Assembly: GCA_039588295.1 (NCBI GenBank)
Contig: JBDHAB010000006.1
Location: forward strand, 161,347 to 225,346
Direction of reading: 5' to 3'
DNA from: Gemmatimonadota bacterium
GTDB taxonomy: Bacteria; Gemmatimonadota; Gemmatimonadetes; Gemmatimonadales; GWC2-71-9
Length of the DNA stretch: 64,000 nt
Made by a program: the position numbers and the translations under genes. This document shows positions 38,740 through 48,875 of this stretch, in pieces; within the stretch, counting starts at the first letter, position 1; each line of letters opens with the position of its first letter. The notes under the pieces are model-generated. The model worked only from the letters and a program-made list of their open reading frames with translations, was not told the origin of the DNA and ran no database searches.

Positions 38740-40722
38740 CTAGACGAGCTCGGAATCGGTGAGGACTTCAACGAGACTGGGACCGTCGTGCTCTAGCCCT
38801 GTCCGCAACGCGTCATCCAACTGTGCGGCGTCGGTGACCCGTATCCCCCGCGCACCGCAGAGCTCGGCGTACTCGGCAAAGTTCGGGTTGTGGAGCGAGG
38901 TCTGCCACACGTCCCAATGGCCAGCGCGCTGTTCCTTGGAGATCTTGCCAAGTTCGTTGTTGTTGAGCAACACGTGCGTGATGTTCATACCGTATTTCAC
39001 CGCCGTTGTGAGCTCGGCCATGTACTGTCCGAATCCACCGTCACCGGTGACCGCCACGACTGTCCGCCCGTGGAACCGTGGATCGTCCTCCTGTGTGGCG
39101 GCCCAAGCGCCGAGCGCGGCCGGGTAGCCGAAGCCGATCGAGCCGAGGTACCCCGACATGAGCACGGCCTGCCGGGTGCACTCGAAGTAGCGGCCAAAGG
39201 AATAGGTGTTGTTCCCGACGTCGACGGCGATGATCGCATCGTCCGGTACCTGCCGAGTCATCGCGGCGAAGACGGATGCCGAATTGATTCCTGTGCCGCG
39301 ATTCTCGCTCAGGCGCCGTTCTTTCTCTTTGCGCCAGATGGCCCACCGCTCGGCGGCCTCGGGCCGCTGGTCGACGGTCGTCACGGTTCCCAGGCGCTCG
39401 CGAAGGACGGTGGCGGTCACGCCGATCTCTCCCCACACCGGAACCTCAACGGCATGGAACTTCCCCAGGATCATCGGATCGAAGTCGACTTGAATCGTGG
39501 GGATCTTGGGTGTGATGCCCGTGTGATTGCTGAAGCTCGCCCCGAAGACGAGTAGGCAATCGGACTCGTTCATGAACCAGCTCGCGACCGGCGTTCCTGA
39601 GCGACCGAGCACGCCGCCAGCCAGCGGGTGCCGATCGGAGATGATCCCTTTCCCCTTGAAGGTCGTGAGCACCGGGCACCGGAGTGCCTCGGCCAGCTCG
39701 ATGACGGCCGGCATCGTGAAGCGCGCTCCGTGTCCCACGATGATCACCGGCCGCTTCGATGCACGGAGACGTGCCACGGCCCGCTCGAGCGATTCTTCGG
39801 GTGGCGTGATGGCCCGCGGCGTGACACGTCCGTCGGGCCCACCAGGCTTGGCACCCTCGGGTGCGGGGAGCGTCTGCACTTCGTCCGGGAAGATGAGGTG
39901 GGAGACGCCTCGGTTCAGGATTGCGCTCTTGAGCGCCAGGTTGACGAGTTCTGCGTGCTTGCTGGTGTGCAGCACCGGCTGGGTCCACTGTGCGACTTTG
40001 CCAAACGCCGCCTGCAGGTCGACTTCCTGGAAGGCGCCGGGTCCCAGGACCTGGGTGTCGACCTGGCCCGTGAGGGCGAGCACGGGAGCGCGATCGACGT
40101 TCGCGTCCCAGAGACCCGTCAGCAGGTTGGTGGCACCGGGGCCCGCGATCGAGAAGCATGCGGCAGGTCTGCCGGTGAGCTTCCCGTAGGCGGACGCCGC
40201 AAACGATGCCGCGCCCTCGTGGCGAATGCCGAAGTACCGGAGGGTGCCGGCCTCCTCCTGGCGCCGGAGTGCATCCGCCAGTCCCAAGTTTGAATGACCC
40301 ACCATGCCCCACACGGACTTGATGCCCCACTGCACCATCGTCTTCGCCATCAGGTCACTCACCGTCCGGATGTGCGCTGCCTCCTCCTCGATCCCGACAT
40401 AGACGCCGTCCTCACGAACCTCGATGGGGAAGGTGGTCACGGTATCCTCGAACGCTCCGGGGGACCTGCCGGTCGCGGGGTGAAAGTCCCATCCGTGCCA
40501 CGGGCACCGCAGCCATCCGTTCTCGATCGAACCCTCCCCGAGCGGGCCACCCTGATGGGGGCAGGCATTGTCGAGGGCATAGTACGCGCCCTCGAAGTGC
40601 GTGATGCATACACTCTGGTGGCCACACGTGGCGGAGATGACCCGGCCTTCCGGCAGCGCGTCGAGATCAAGCGCCTTGTACCACCGAACCGAAGCCTTGC
40701 CGCTGGTGCTGTTGTCATCCAT
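38740..40722 (-). CDS. Rieske [2Fe-2S]-thiamine pyrophosphate enzyme fusion (pyruvate oxidase/PoxB-like)
   Basis: CPHQGGPL...CPWHGW Rieske motif; RHE catalytic Glu, GPGATN, TPP motif GDGGFG...NN. Confidence 0.9.
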   Translation of the reverse strand: MDDNSTSGKASVRWYKALDLDALPEGRVISATCGHQSVCITHFEGAYYALDNACPHQGGPLGEGSIENGWLRCPWHGWDFHPATGRSPGAFEDTVTTFPIEVREDGVYVGIEEEAAHIRTVSDLMAKTMVQWGIKSVWGMVGHSNLGLADALRRQEEAGTLRYFGIRHEGAASFAASAYGKLTGRPAACFSIAGPGATNLLTGLWDANVDRAPVLALTGQVDTQVLGPGAFQEVDLQAAFGKVAQWTQPVLHTSKHAELVNLALKSAILNRGVSHLIFPDEVQTLPAPEGAKPGGPDGRVTPRAITPPEESLERAVARLRASKRPVIIVGHGARFTMPAVIELAEALRCPVLTTFKGKGIISDRHPLAGGVLGRSGTPVASWFMNESDCLLVFGASFSNHTGITPKIPTIQVDFDPMILGKFHAVEVPVWGEIGVTATVLRERLGTVTTVDQRPEAAERWAIWRKEKERRLSENRGTGINSASVFAAMTRQVPDDAIIAVDVGNNTYSFGRYFECTRQAVLMSGYLGSIGFGYPAALGAWAATQEDDPRFHGRTVVAVTGDGGFGQYMAELTTAVKYGMNITHVLLNNNELGKISKEQRAGHWDVWQTSLHNPNFAEYAELCGARGIRVTDAAQLDDALRTGLEHDGPSLVEVLTDSELV

Positions 40723-40937
40723 GTGGGACTGCTCCCATGATGCTATGCGCGCGAGATACCGGGCGCGGTGCAACGTCGTCAGAGTCTATCGGCGGGCGAA
40801 CGTCTCCGTAAGGTAGCGGATGAGCAGCGACTGCTCTCTCCGTCCTGGTTCGGGTTCCTTGACGCGACCGACTGGAACTACCGTAGAGAGACCCTCTCTC
40901 TCTATTTTCATAGCTTGTCTCACAACCGGATGCCGAT

Positions 40938-43900
40938 GTGACGGATCTCCTCAATCGTCTTCGTGCCGCGCTGAAGGACCGTTACCATGTCGAGCGTGAA
41001 GTTGGACGTGGGGGCATGGCCACGGTCTACCTCGCGACCGACGTCAAGCACTCCCGCTCGGTCGCCATCAAGGTCCTGTCTCCAGATCTAGCAGCGTCCG
41101 TAGGACACGATCGGTTCCTCAAGGAGATCGAGATTGCGGCCAAGTTGCAGCATCCGCACATCTTGCCGGTTTATGACTCGGGCGAGACCGACGGACTTCT
41201 CTACTACGTCATGCCCTTTGTGTCAGGCGAGTCGTTGCGAGATCGTCTCGTGCGGGACGGCTCGGTGCCGGCGGCCGAGGCCCTGCGTGTTGCTCGTGAG
41301 ATAGCCGGCGCTCTCGACTACGCGCACCGAGATGGCGTTGTCCACCGCGATATCAAGCCCGCCAACATTCTCCTGTCTCAGGGGCATGCGCAAGTCGCGG
41401 ACTTTGGCATCGCACGCGCGGTCTCGGTCTCGGGAGGGGCTGGGCTCACACAGGCGGGGATGGCAATCGGTACGCCGGCATACATGAGTCCCGAGCAGGC
41501 ACTCGGCGGAACGGACATCGATGGTCGGACGGATGTGTACGCGCTGGGGTGCGTGCTCTACGAGATGCTGTCCGGCAAGCCTCCGTTCGACGGCCCGACT
41601 CCGCAGTCGATCATCGCGCAGAGCATTTCCGCGGACGTACCCGCTCTGGCGCACGATCCCGGTGGTGCTCAACCCGTGATCGAGCGGGCCATGGCCAAAG
41701 AGCCGGCGGAGCGGTTCCAGACCGCCGGTGAGTTCGAGCGGGCGCTGGAAGCGCCCGTCACCTTGCCTGTCACCGCCGGCACCCGAGCCGCCACACGTGG
41801 ACTGATCGGCGCGGCGATTGTGGTGGCGCTGGCGATTCTCGTTTTCGCGGTTTGGCCGCGCGGCTGGAGCCTCGAAGGCGATCCACGCCAGAGCCTCATC
41901 GTGTTCCCGTTCGAGAACAAGACCGGAGACGCCGACAAGGATTATCTGCAAGAGGCCGCGATGAACCTCCTGGGCCTTGCGGCTGCCCATTGGGAGGACA
42001 TGCGCGTCTTCGATGACGAGCGGACGGCCTCGCTCATGCGGCGCAGCGGGATCGAGGCGCCCCGTGACATCGATTTCGATGCCGCGCAGGCGATGGCCAA
42101 GGAGGCGCGGGTCGGGACACTCGTGCTGGGCGACATCAGGCGCGAGGGCGATTCGCTGGCCATCGAGGCCAAGGTGCACGACGTCGGCTCCGGGGACCGA
42201 CTCGCCACCGAGATCCTTCGCGCCCGCATGGATGCCGACCCTCGGGCGCTGTTTGACTCCTTGGCGGGACGCATTCTCCAGGTCAGCGGGGCTCCGCCGG
42301 GTGAGCGCCCGCGGTTGGTGGCACAGACGACGCATTCCCTGGAGGCGTACCGCGCGTATTTGCGCGGCGTCGAGGGCTTGCAGCAGTTCGAGATCGATAC
42401 CGCACAGATCTATTTCGCGCGCGCGGTTGCACTGGACTCCAGCTTCGCGCTCGCATACCTGCGTTTGCGAGATGTCGACGGTTGGGCAGGCCTGGAGGGG
42501 GACCCCGAGCGGCGGCGTCAGTTGGTTGCGAAGGCGGAGGCCCACAGTGCGTCACTGCCCCCACGTCTCCGCACGCTGGTGCAGTTCCATGCAGCGTACG
42601 AGAACGGAGAATTCGTACGGGCACGCAACCTGGTGAAACAGTTAATCGCGCGCGATTCTGCCGACGTTGAGGCGTGGTATCAGTTGGGCGAAGCGCACTT
42701 CCACGACGATGCTGACAGGTTCCCGCACCCGACCGATGCCGGCAACTTGGGAAGTGCGTTGCGTGCATTCGAGCGCACCCTCGAGCTCGAACCGCGGTAC
42801 GTCTTGGCGTACCAGCACCTGGTCGACGTTCTTGGCAGGTGTGGGGGCAACAGCCCATGGGTGTGCCTCGAGGATTCCGCCGCCTATGCTCCGCAGCAGG
42901 AGCTCGCTGAGCGTCTGGGTTCTGAGCGGCTTCAGGCGTATCGGGACGAGGCACGCGACGCGCGACTGGCGGCGGCCCGGGCCTGGGCTGATGCGACCCC
43001 TGGATCTCCGCGGCCTCGGTTCGTGCTGCTCGACCTACTGCTCGATCGCGATCGCCTGGACGAGGCACGCACACACCTTGTGGCGCTCCGCGCGAGCGGA
43101 GACTCGACTGGATCGCGGATCTGGGAATCGCGTCTCCTGCGTCGCGAGGCACGGTATGACGGTGCCGCGGACAGCATGACCGCGGCGTTGAGCGATCTCC
43201 GCACGGCCATGCGGTACCTGCTGAGCGGCGATGGTCCGGACATCGCCTTCCTGAGCCTCGCGGGTGGGGGTCGCGTGACCCGGCTGAATCAACTTCTGGG
43301 AGAACTCGAGGCGGCAGTGAGTGCTGCAACCGCCACCGCAAACGGCCCGGGCGGACTGCCGTTGCCCATCCCGAGCCTCATGCACTTCGTGGAGCTCCAG
43401 CTTGCCGCGCAACTCGGCGTCTATCCGGAGGCGTCGCCGGGGGCCGCCGCGCGGTGGCTCGACGCGCTCGACTCGCTCTTCGCGTCGGACAGTATCACCC
43501 ACCAACGCGGCTGGTCGAACAGCGGCTCGGTTGTGTTATCCGCCTACTTCGCTGACCGGGACACGACGCTACTGTCTCGGTTCCTCAGCAGCCTCGACAC
43601 GACCGGCTCTCGTACTTGGCGTGCAATGGACGCCCATCTCGCTCTCGCTCGTGGCGATACGGCCCGGGCACGGATGCGCGTGGAACGCCATGTCCAAAAC
43701 GCGGACAGCTTGGAGTTCAGCGGGTCTCCGGGAGGCGCCCGTGCCTTCGCCTGGGCGGATCTCCTGGCACAATTGGGGCAGGCCGACGAAGCGGCGGACA
43801 TCTACGCCCATCTCGATTCGTCGGGTGTGCGCTCGTCCAATACCGGACTCCACGTGCGGTCCTGGGCCGAGCGCGGCGCGCTGTACCAGCATTTGGGACG

Positions 43901-44042
43901 GACAGAGCTGGCCATCGAGATGTACGAGCGGTTTATCGATGCGTGGCGTGGGGCCGACTCGCAGCTGCAGCCCTTGGTGGACCGTGCGCGCGATGCGGTG
44001 GCGGCGTTGCGGGGTGAGGTACGCGAACCGGCCAGACGATAG
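40938..44042 (+). CDS. Membrane Ser/Thr kinase with extracytoplasmic TolB-like/TPR domain
   Basis: GRGGMATV, HRDIKPAN, DFG, GTPAYMSPE; TM helix GLIGAAIVVALAILVFAVW; SLIVFPFEN; TPRs. Confidence 0.93.
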   Translation: MTDLLNRLRAALKDRYHVEREVGRGGMATVYLATDVKHSRSVAIKVLSPDLAASVGHDRFLKEIEIAAKLQHPHILPVYDSGETDGLLYYVMPFVSGESLRDRLVRDGSVPAAEALRVAREIAGALDYAHRDGVVHRDIKPANILLSQGHAQVADFGIARAVSVSGGAGLTQAGMAIGTPAYMSPEQALGGTDIDGRTDVYALGCVLYEMLSGKPPFDGPTPQSIIAQSISADVPALAHDPGGAQPVIERAMAKEPAERFQTAGEFERALEAPVTLPVTAGTRAATRGLIGAAIVVALAILVFAVWPRGWSLEGDPRQSLIVFPFENKTGDADKDYLQEAAMNLLGLAAAHWEDMRVFDDERTASLMRRSGIEAPRDIDFDAAQAMAKEARVGTLVLGDIRREGDSLAIEAKVHDVGSGDRLATEILRARMDADPRALFDSLAGRILQVSGAPPGERPRLVAQTTHSLEAYRAYLRGVEGLQQFEIDTAQIYFARAVALDSSFALAYLRLRDVDGWAGLEGDPERRRQLVAKAEAHSASLPPRLRTLVQFHAAYENGEFVRARNLVKQLIARDSADVEAWYQLGEAHFHDDADRFPHPTDAGNLGSALRAFERTLELEPRYVLAYQHLVDVLGRCGGNSPWVCLEDSAAYAPQQELAERLGSERLQAYRDEARDARLAAARAWADATPGSPRPRFVLLDLLLDRDRLDEARTHLVALRASGDSTGSRIWESRLLRREARYDGAADSMTAALSDLRTAMRYLLSGDGPDIAFLSLAGGGRVTRLNQLLGELEAAVSAATATANGPGGLPLPIPSLMHFVELQLAAQLGVYPEASPGAAARWLDALDSLFASDSITHQRGWSNSGSVVLSAYFADRDTTLLSRFLSSLDTTGSRTWRAMDAHLALARGDTARARMRVERHVQNADSLEFSGSPGGARAFAWADLLAQLGQADEAADIYAHLDSSGVRSSNTGLHVRSWAERGALYQHLGRTELAIEMYERFIDAWRGADSQLQPLVDRARDAVAALRGEVREPARR

Positions 44043-44050
44043 CTCGTCCT

Positions 44051-45598
44051 TCAAGACCGTGGTCGTGCCTCGACCGCGGGCTCGGGACGCACCTCCCGCT
44101 TCAAGTGAGACGGCATCACGTCTCGTGCGAATACCTCCGCTTCGGTCTCCTGCCGGCGAATGATCGTTGCCCGACCGCCGGTGACCAGCAACGTGGCTGG
44201 CCGGGGCATGGCGTTGAAGTTGCTGCACGAAACTTCCTGGTAGGCGCCGGTGTCCAGCAGCGCGAGAATATCGCCGACCTCGACCGCTGGGATGGGAACG
44301 GCGGGTAACAATCGATCTCCGTAACAGCTTCGGCCAATGATGTCGGCTTTATCCACGAGAGGAGCGTCGGCCTTGTTGGCGATCCGGTAGTCGTGCAGGT
44401 GGTGCTCGTACCGGCCCCCGGTGAACCAGAACTCGGTCGTATCCACGGTGACGATCGTCCAGCGGATCGGCGTGGTGACCCGCTTGATATTCCGCACCGT
44501 CGCCAGGTGAATCCCGGCGTTGCCGTGGATGGCCCGACCCGGTTCCAGTTGCAGTGTCAGTCCCCGTGTGGCGATGCCGTGTTTCGGCAACTCTTCCCGT
44601 AAGGTCCGGGTACATGCTTCGGCGTAGGATTCGATCGTGGGGGCCATCTTCTGGTTTGGCCGCGCGCCGACCAGCGCGTTGATCAGGGGGGCCAGGGTTC
44701 CATAGCGCAGCCGGGATCCCAGCAAGGCAAGGGCTCGTGACACCCCAAAAAGGGCGGCCAGCTGGAGCGGCTCCGTGTAATCCGTTGCCGCGTTGTGAGG
44801 GTCTCGCGGGATGGCAAAACCGCCTCCGATGTCGATCTCTTGGGGCTGGTATCCGCCAAGAGCCGCGCACACCCGACCCATCTCGCGGGCGAACGCCTTC
44901 ATTTGCTCCTGCCAATAGCGGATGGACCGGTGGTGGCGGCCATGATGCTGGTGGAATCCGACCAGCTCCACATGGTCCATCTGCAACAACCGTGGAGCGA
45001 CCGCCATCGCCTCGTCATACGTCAGACCACCCTTGTAGGCCAGGGCGGCGATGTCCGTCGGGGCCAGGCCCTCAGCGACGAAGTCGCTGTGCGCGACGAA
45101 TCCGGAGAGCACGGGCTTGAGGCGAAGACGGACCTTGACGGGACGATCGAGTTCGGTGGCGACGCGTTCGATGACCGCCACCTCTTCGAGGCTGTCGATG
45201 GTGATGCGCACGCCGCTGTCCACGCACCGGTAAATGTGCTTCTCGGTCTTGGGCACCCCATTAGCGGAGATGGTCTCGGGATTGAATCCGGCTTCCAAGG
45301 CCGCCGTCAACTCCCCCGAGGAGTAGATGTCGCAGCCGCACCCTTCATCGGCCAGAATTCGCTGCACCGCTGAGATCCAGTTCGCCTTCGCGGCCGGCAT
45401 CACCGTGACTGGGCCGTCGGGCCAGCCTCGTTGAAACGCATCGTGGAACCGGCGCACGTTGCGGCGGACTTGGTCTTCTGAAAGGACAAATAGGGGTGAG
45501 CCAAACCGTGTAACCAGCTCGCTGGTGTCACATTCTTCCACGAAGAGGTGACTGTCGCGAACCGACAGACACTCGTCCAGACGGGTAGCCGTAGCCAT
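44051..45598 (-). CDS. Fold-III PLP-dependent decarboxylase (diaminopimelate decarboxylase-like, atypical)
   Basis: FGSPLFV, PLP Lys in AAKAN, IDIGGGF, EPGR, GRSCYGD, DTGAY, SNFN..RP. Confidence 0.8.
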   Translation of the reverse strand: MATATRLDECLSVRDSHLFVEECDTSELVTRFGSPLFVLSEDQVRRNVRRFHDAFQRGWPDGPVTVMPAAKANWISAVQRILADEGCGCDIYSSGELTAALEAGFNPETISANGVPKTEKHIYRCVDSGVRITIDSLEEVAVIERVATELDRPVKVRLRLKPVLSGFVAHSDFVAEGLAPTDIAALAYKGGLTYDEAMAVAPRLLQMDHVELVGFHQHHGRHHRSIRYWQEQMKAFAREMGRVCAALGGYQPQEIDIGGGFAIPRDPHNAATDYTEPLQLAALFGVSRALALLGSRLRYGTLAPLINALVGARPNQKMAPTIESYAEACTRTLREELPKHGIATRGLTLQLEPGRAIHGNAGIHLATVRNIKRVTTPIRWTIVTVDTTEFWFTGGRYEHHLHDYRIANKADAPLVDKADIIGRSCYGDRLLPAVPIPAVEVGDILALLDTGAYQEVSCSNFNAMPRPATLLVTGGRATIIRRQETEAEVFARDVMPSHLKREVRPEPAVEARPRS

Positions 45599-45833
45599 CG
45601 TTGTCCCTCCCCGAATCGAGCTGGCTCTTCGTCACACCCGAGCAGTCGGCAACTCCGGGCGACCTCCAATGTGGAATAGAGGTTGGGGAGCCCTCGTGCC
45701 GCTAGGGACCTCGTGGTGCGAGCCCGGCGGGAGCACGGGTGGGCCAATACGACTCATCCGATCCGGAACCACCCTCGACTGGCTCCCGTCGCGGCGTCGT
45801 TCTATTGTTGAGAAGATAAGCAGGAGCTGGGTG

Positions 45834-48806
45834 GTGCCCGATACAGTGAATCGGCTCAAGACGGCGCTGACGGACCGCTACGCCATCGAACGGGAGATCG
45901 GGCGCGGCGGGATGGCGACCGTGTATCTGGCGCATGATGTCCGGCACGACAGAAAGGTCGCGCTCAAGGTTCTGCATCCCGAGCTTACGGCATCGCTAGG
46001 GGCCGAGCGCTTTCTCCACGAGATCAAGACGACCGCCCGCCTCAACCATCCGCACATTCTCGCGCTACACGACTCGGGCGAAGCGGACGGGTTCCTGTTC
46101 TATGTGATGCCATACGTCGAGGGCGAGTCGCTGCGAGATCGCTTGGCCCGCGAGCGGCAGCTTCCCCTCGAGGACGCGCTCCAGATCACCAGCGAGGTCG
46201 CCGACGCACTGAGCTACGCGCACAGTCACGGCATCATCCATCGGGACATCAAGCCGGAGAACATTCTGCTCGAATCCGGGCACGCCGTGGTGGCGGATTT
46301 CGGTATTGCTCGCGCGGTGTCCGTGGGGGGGGCCGATCAGCGTCTCACGATGAGTGGCTTTGCGGTGGGAACGCCCGCGTACATGAGTCCGGAGCAGGCG
46401 AGCGGAAACGAGCAGTTGGATGCCAGAAGCGACATCTACGCGTTGGGAAGTGTGCTCTACGAGATGCTGGCTGGGGAGCCGCCCCACACCGGCCCGACGC
46501 CGCAAGCGATTTTGGCCCGGCAGCTCAGCGGGGAGGTGCGCTCCATTCGTCCGCTCCGGTCGACGGTCACCCCCGCACTGGAGGCGGCGATCAGGCAAGC
46601 TCTCGCGCCCTCCGCCGCTGATCGGTTCACCACGGCGAGCGAGTTTGCCACGGCGCTGCGCGGCAGAGGCGTGGCGCCACGCCGTTCATCCGCCGTTCTC
46701 GCCCTCGTGGTGTCTCGCCGGTCGCTTCGCACGGTGCTCACCACGGCCCTGGTGGTGCTGGGCCTAGTCGGCGTATTCGTGGTTGCTCGCAACATCCTGA
46801 CCGTGCCCCAAGCACGTGCCGGCGAACGCCCGGCGACATTGGCCGTGTTTCCGTTTCGAGCCACCGGCCCCGATGCGGGCAGCCTTGGCGAGGGCGTGGC
46901 CGACCTGTTGGCGGCGACGATCGACGGCACGGTCGGGATGACGGTAGCGGATCCGGGCGGCTTGTGGCGACCGCTACGGCGCGGCGAGGGCGCGCTACGG
47001 GTGCCGGACCTCGACGAGGCGGTCCGACTCACACAGGAGGCCGAGGTTCCCACGCTCGTGCTCGGTGCATTGACCGCCGTCGGCGGGCGTCTGGATATGA
47101 GCGCCAGGGTGTACCAAGACGACGGATCGTTGCTTGCGACTCTGACGGCGTCCGCACCAGTCGAGAGTCTGCCGCACCTCATCAACCGGCTCGCCATCGA
47201 TGTGGTGTCCGAGGTGTGGGTGCGGGACACGCTCCCGACGGTGCCGGTCATCGAGCGCTTCGCAACCCAGTCCGTCGATGCGCTGCAGGCGTACTTGGAG
47301 GCCAAAGCCCTCAAGCGGCGCGGTCTATATCAGGAAGCGGAACAAGCCATCCGCCGGGCGGTGGAGCTCGATTCGACGTTCGCGCTCGCCCACATGGAGC
47401 TGTTCGACATCAGGTCCATCGTACTCTATCTCAACTCCCAACCGTTCGTCGGGCTGAGAGAAATCATCGACCGGGCCATGCGCCATCGGGATCGCCTAAC
47501 TCCGCGGAACAGGATGCGGGTCGAGGCCCTGCGGGCGATGGATGAGACGGATGGTGTTCGAGCTGCGAGCCTGTACGAGCGTATTCTCGAGGTCGATTCG
47601 CTCGACATCGACGCGCTGCACGGGTTGGCGTTTGCCTATCTGCGCGATGGCTGGCAGATGGCGAAGACCATCGACGACATCATCGGGGCCTACCACCGCG
47701 CCGCCGAGGTCGACTCCGCCTCGATCATGGCGCAGTCCTCGCTTGCGTGGCTCACGATTCTGCAGAACGATCCGGATGCCGTGGAGCTGGCGGTAGCCCG
47801 GCTCGAGGCCCTCGATACGCTCGGCGCGATCGTGGCGGGACGGCTCGGTGCCCTGCGTCTCGTTCAGGCGCTGCCGGTGGACCGAGACTCGATGCTCCGC
47901 GCGCTCACGGCCACGCCGGCGCCGGTCGTGTTCACCACGTTACGCGATCTTCGCACGCTCCGCCCGCAGTTGGCCGAACGCTACGTTGACGAGCTCCTGG
48001 TGGATACGATGCCCGTGTTTCACCAGCGACTGGGTGCTGGGGCGCGCACCCAGTTGTGGATGGCGGAGGGGAAGGTCACCGCCAGCGATTCGGTGTTGCG
48101 GACTGGCGAGCTCGACCGGATTCGGCAGACGGTCAACCGCTTCTTCGCAAGCTCCGCGCTGCTCGGCGTCGGCGACTCGACTGCGGCGGCAAGGGCGGTA
48201 CTCGAGATGACCGCGTTTGCCCCGGCTGACTCGCTGGAGGCGTATCTCGATGCCAAGCAGGACGTCTGGGCGACGGGTTGGGCGGTCGGCGCCTATCACG
48301 CGGCCTTTGGTGACACCGCCGAGGCGCGAAGCTGGCAGGCGGCGCTCGCGGCACTGCCGCGACGTGACACGCCCTGGGACTGGACCGGTGCACTGGCGGC
48401 GGACATCGAGGCGCGGTTAGCTGTGCGGCGAGGAGAGGTGGAGGTGGCGCTGCGCGAAGCGCAGCGCGCCTACGACCTCTGGTCGTTGCATTCGGGCTAC
48501 GTGGGCGAGGCCGATCCGGAGCCGGCGATGCGGTTTCACCTCGCGCAGATCCTCCGAGAGACCGGTGCTTCGGACCAAGCAGCGGCACTCTTTCGGTCGT
48601 TTGCGCCACCCCACACGTGGATGGGTTTCTTCACTGCGCGTGCAGCGTACGAGGTGGCCGAGATCGCGTTGGCCGAAGGTCGTGACGACGAGGCGATCCG
48701 GTACTTTCAGATGGCCGAACGGTTGTGGGAGCTGGGCGAGCCGGAGGTCGTGGGACCCTGGCTCGCGAGGGTGCGCGACGGGCTTGCGCAGCTCAGGGCC
48801 GGCTGA
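45834..48806 (+). CDS. Membrane Ser/Thr kinase with TPR-rich C-terminal domain
   Basis: GRGGMATV, VALK, HRDIKPEN, DFG; TM helix; LAVFPF; TPRs; RBS AGGAG before GTG 45834. Confidence 0.93.
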   Translation: MPDTVNRLKTALTDRYAIEREIGRGGMATVYLAHDVRHDRKVALKVLHPELTASLGAERFLHEIKTTARLNHPHILALHDSGEADGFLFYVMPYVEGESLRDRLARERQLPLEDALQITSEVADALSYAHSHGIIHRDIKPENILLESGHAVVADFGIARAVSVGGADQRLTMSGFAVGTPAYMSPEQASGNEQLDARSDIYALGSVLYEMLAGEPPHTGPTPQAILARQLSGEVRSIRPLRSTVTPALEAAIRQALAPSAADRFTTASEFATALRGRGVAPRRSSAVLALVVSRRSLRTVLTTALVVLGLVGVFVVARNILTVPQARAGERPATLAVFPFRATGPDAGSLGEGVADLLAATIDGTVGMTVADPGGLWRPLRRGEGALRVPDLDEAVRLTQEAEVPTLVLGALTAVGGRLDMSARVYQDDGSLLATLTASAPVESLPHLINRLAIDVVSEVWVRDTLPTVPVIERFATQSVDALQAYLEAKALKRRGLYQEAEQAIRRAVELDSTFALAHMELFDIRSIVLYLNSQPFVGLREIIDRAMRHRDRLTPRNRMRVEALRAMDETDGVRAASLYERILEVDSLDIDALHGLAFAYLRDGWQMAKTIDDIIGAYHRAAEVDSASIMAQSSLAWLTILQNDPDAVELAVARLEALDTLGAIVAGRLGALRLVQALPVDRDSMLRALTATPAPVVFTTLRDLRTLRPQLAERYVDELLVDTMPVFHQRLGAGARTQLWMAEGKVTASDSVLRTGELDRIRQTVNRFFASSALLGVGDSTAAARAVLEMTAFAPADSLEAYLDAKQDVWATGWAVGAYHAAFGDTAEARSWQAALAALPRRDTPWDWTGALAADIEARLAVRRGEVEVALREAQRAYDLWSLHSGYVGEADPEPAMRFHLAQILRETGASDQAAALFRSFAPPHTWMGFFTARAAYEVAEIALAEGRDDEAIRYFQMAERLWELGEPEVVGPWLARVRDGLAQLRAG

Positions 48807-48875
48807 CATCACTTGTTTCCGTAGTAGAATGTCCTCAGATGGAATCGGCTCAGAAATCAGGAGGCTCCACGTCAC

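Noticed and set aside
40723..40937. TPP riboswitch upstream of the TPP enzyme
   Set aside because: The conserved CUGAGA and AUACCN..ACCUGA motifs are not present on the minus strand.
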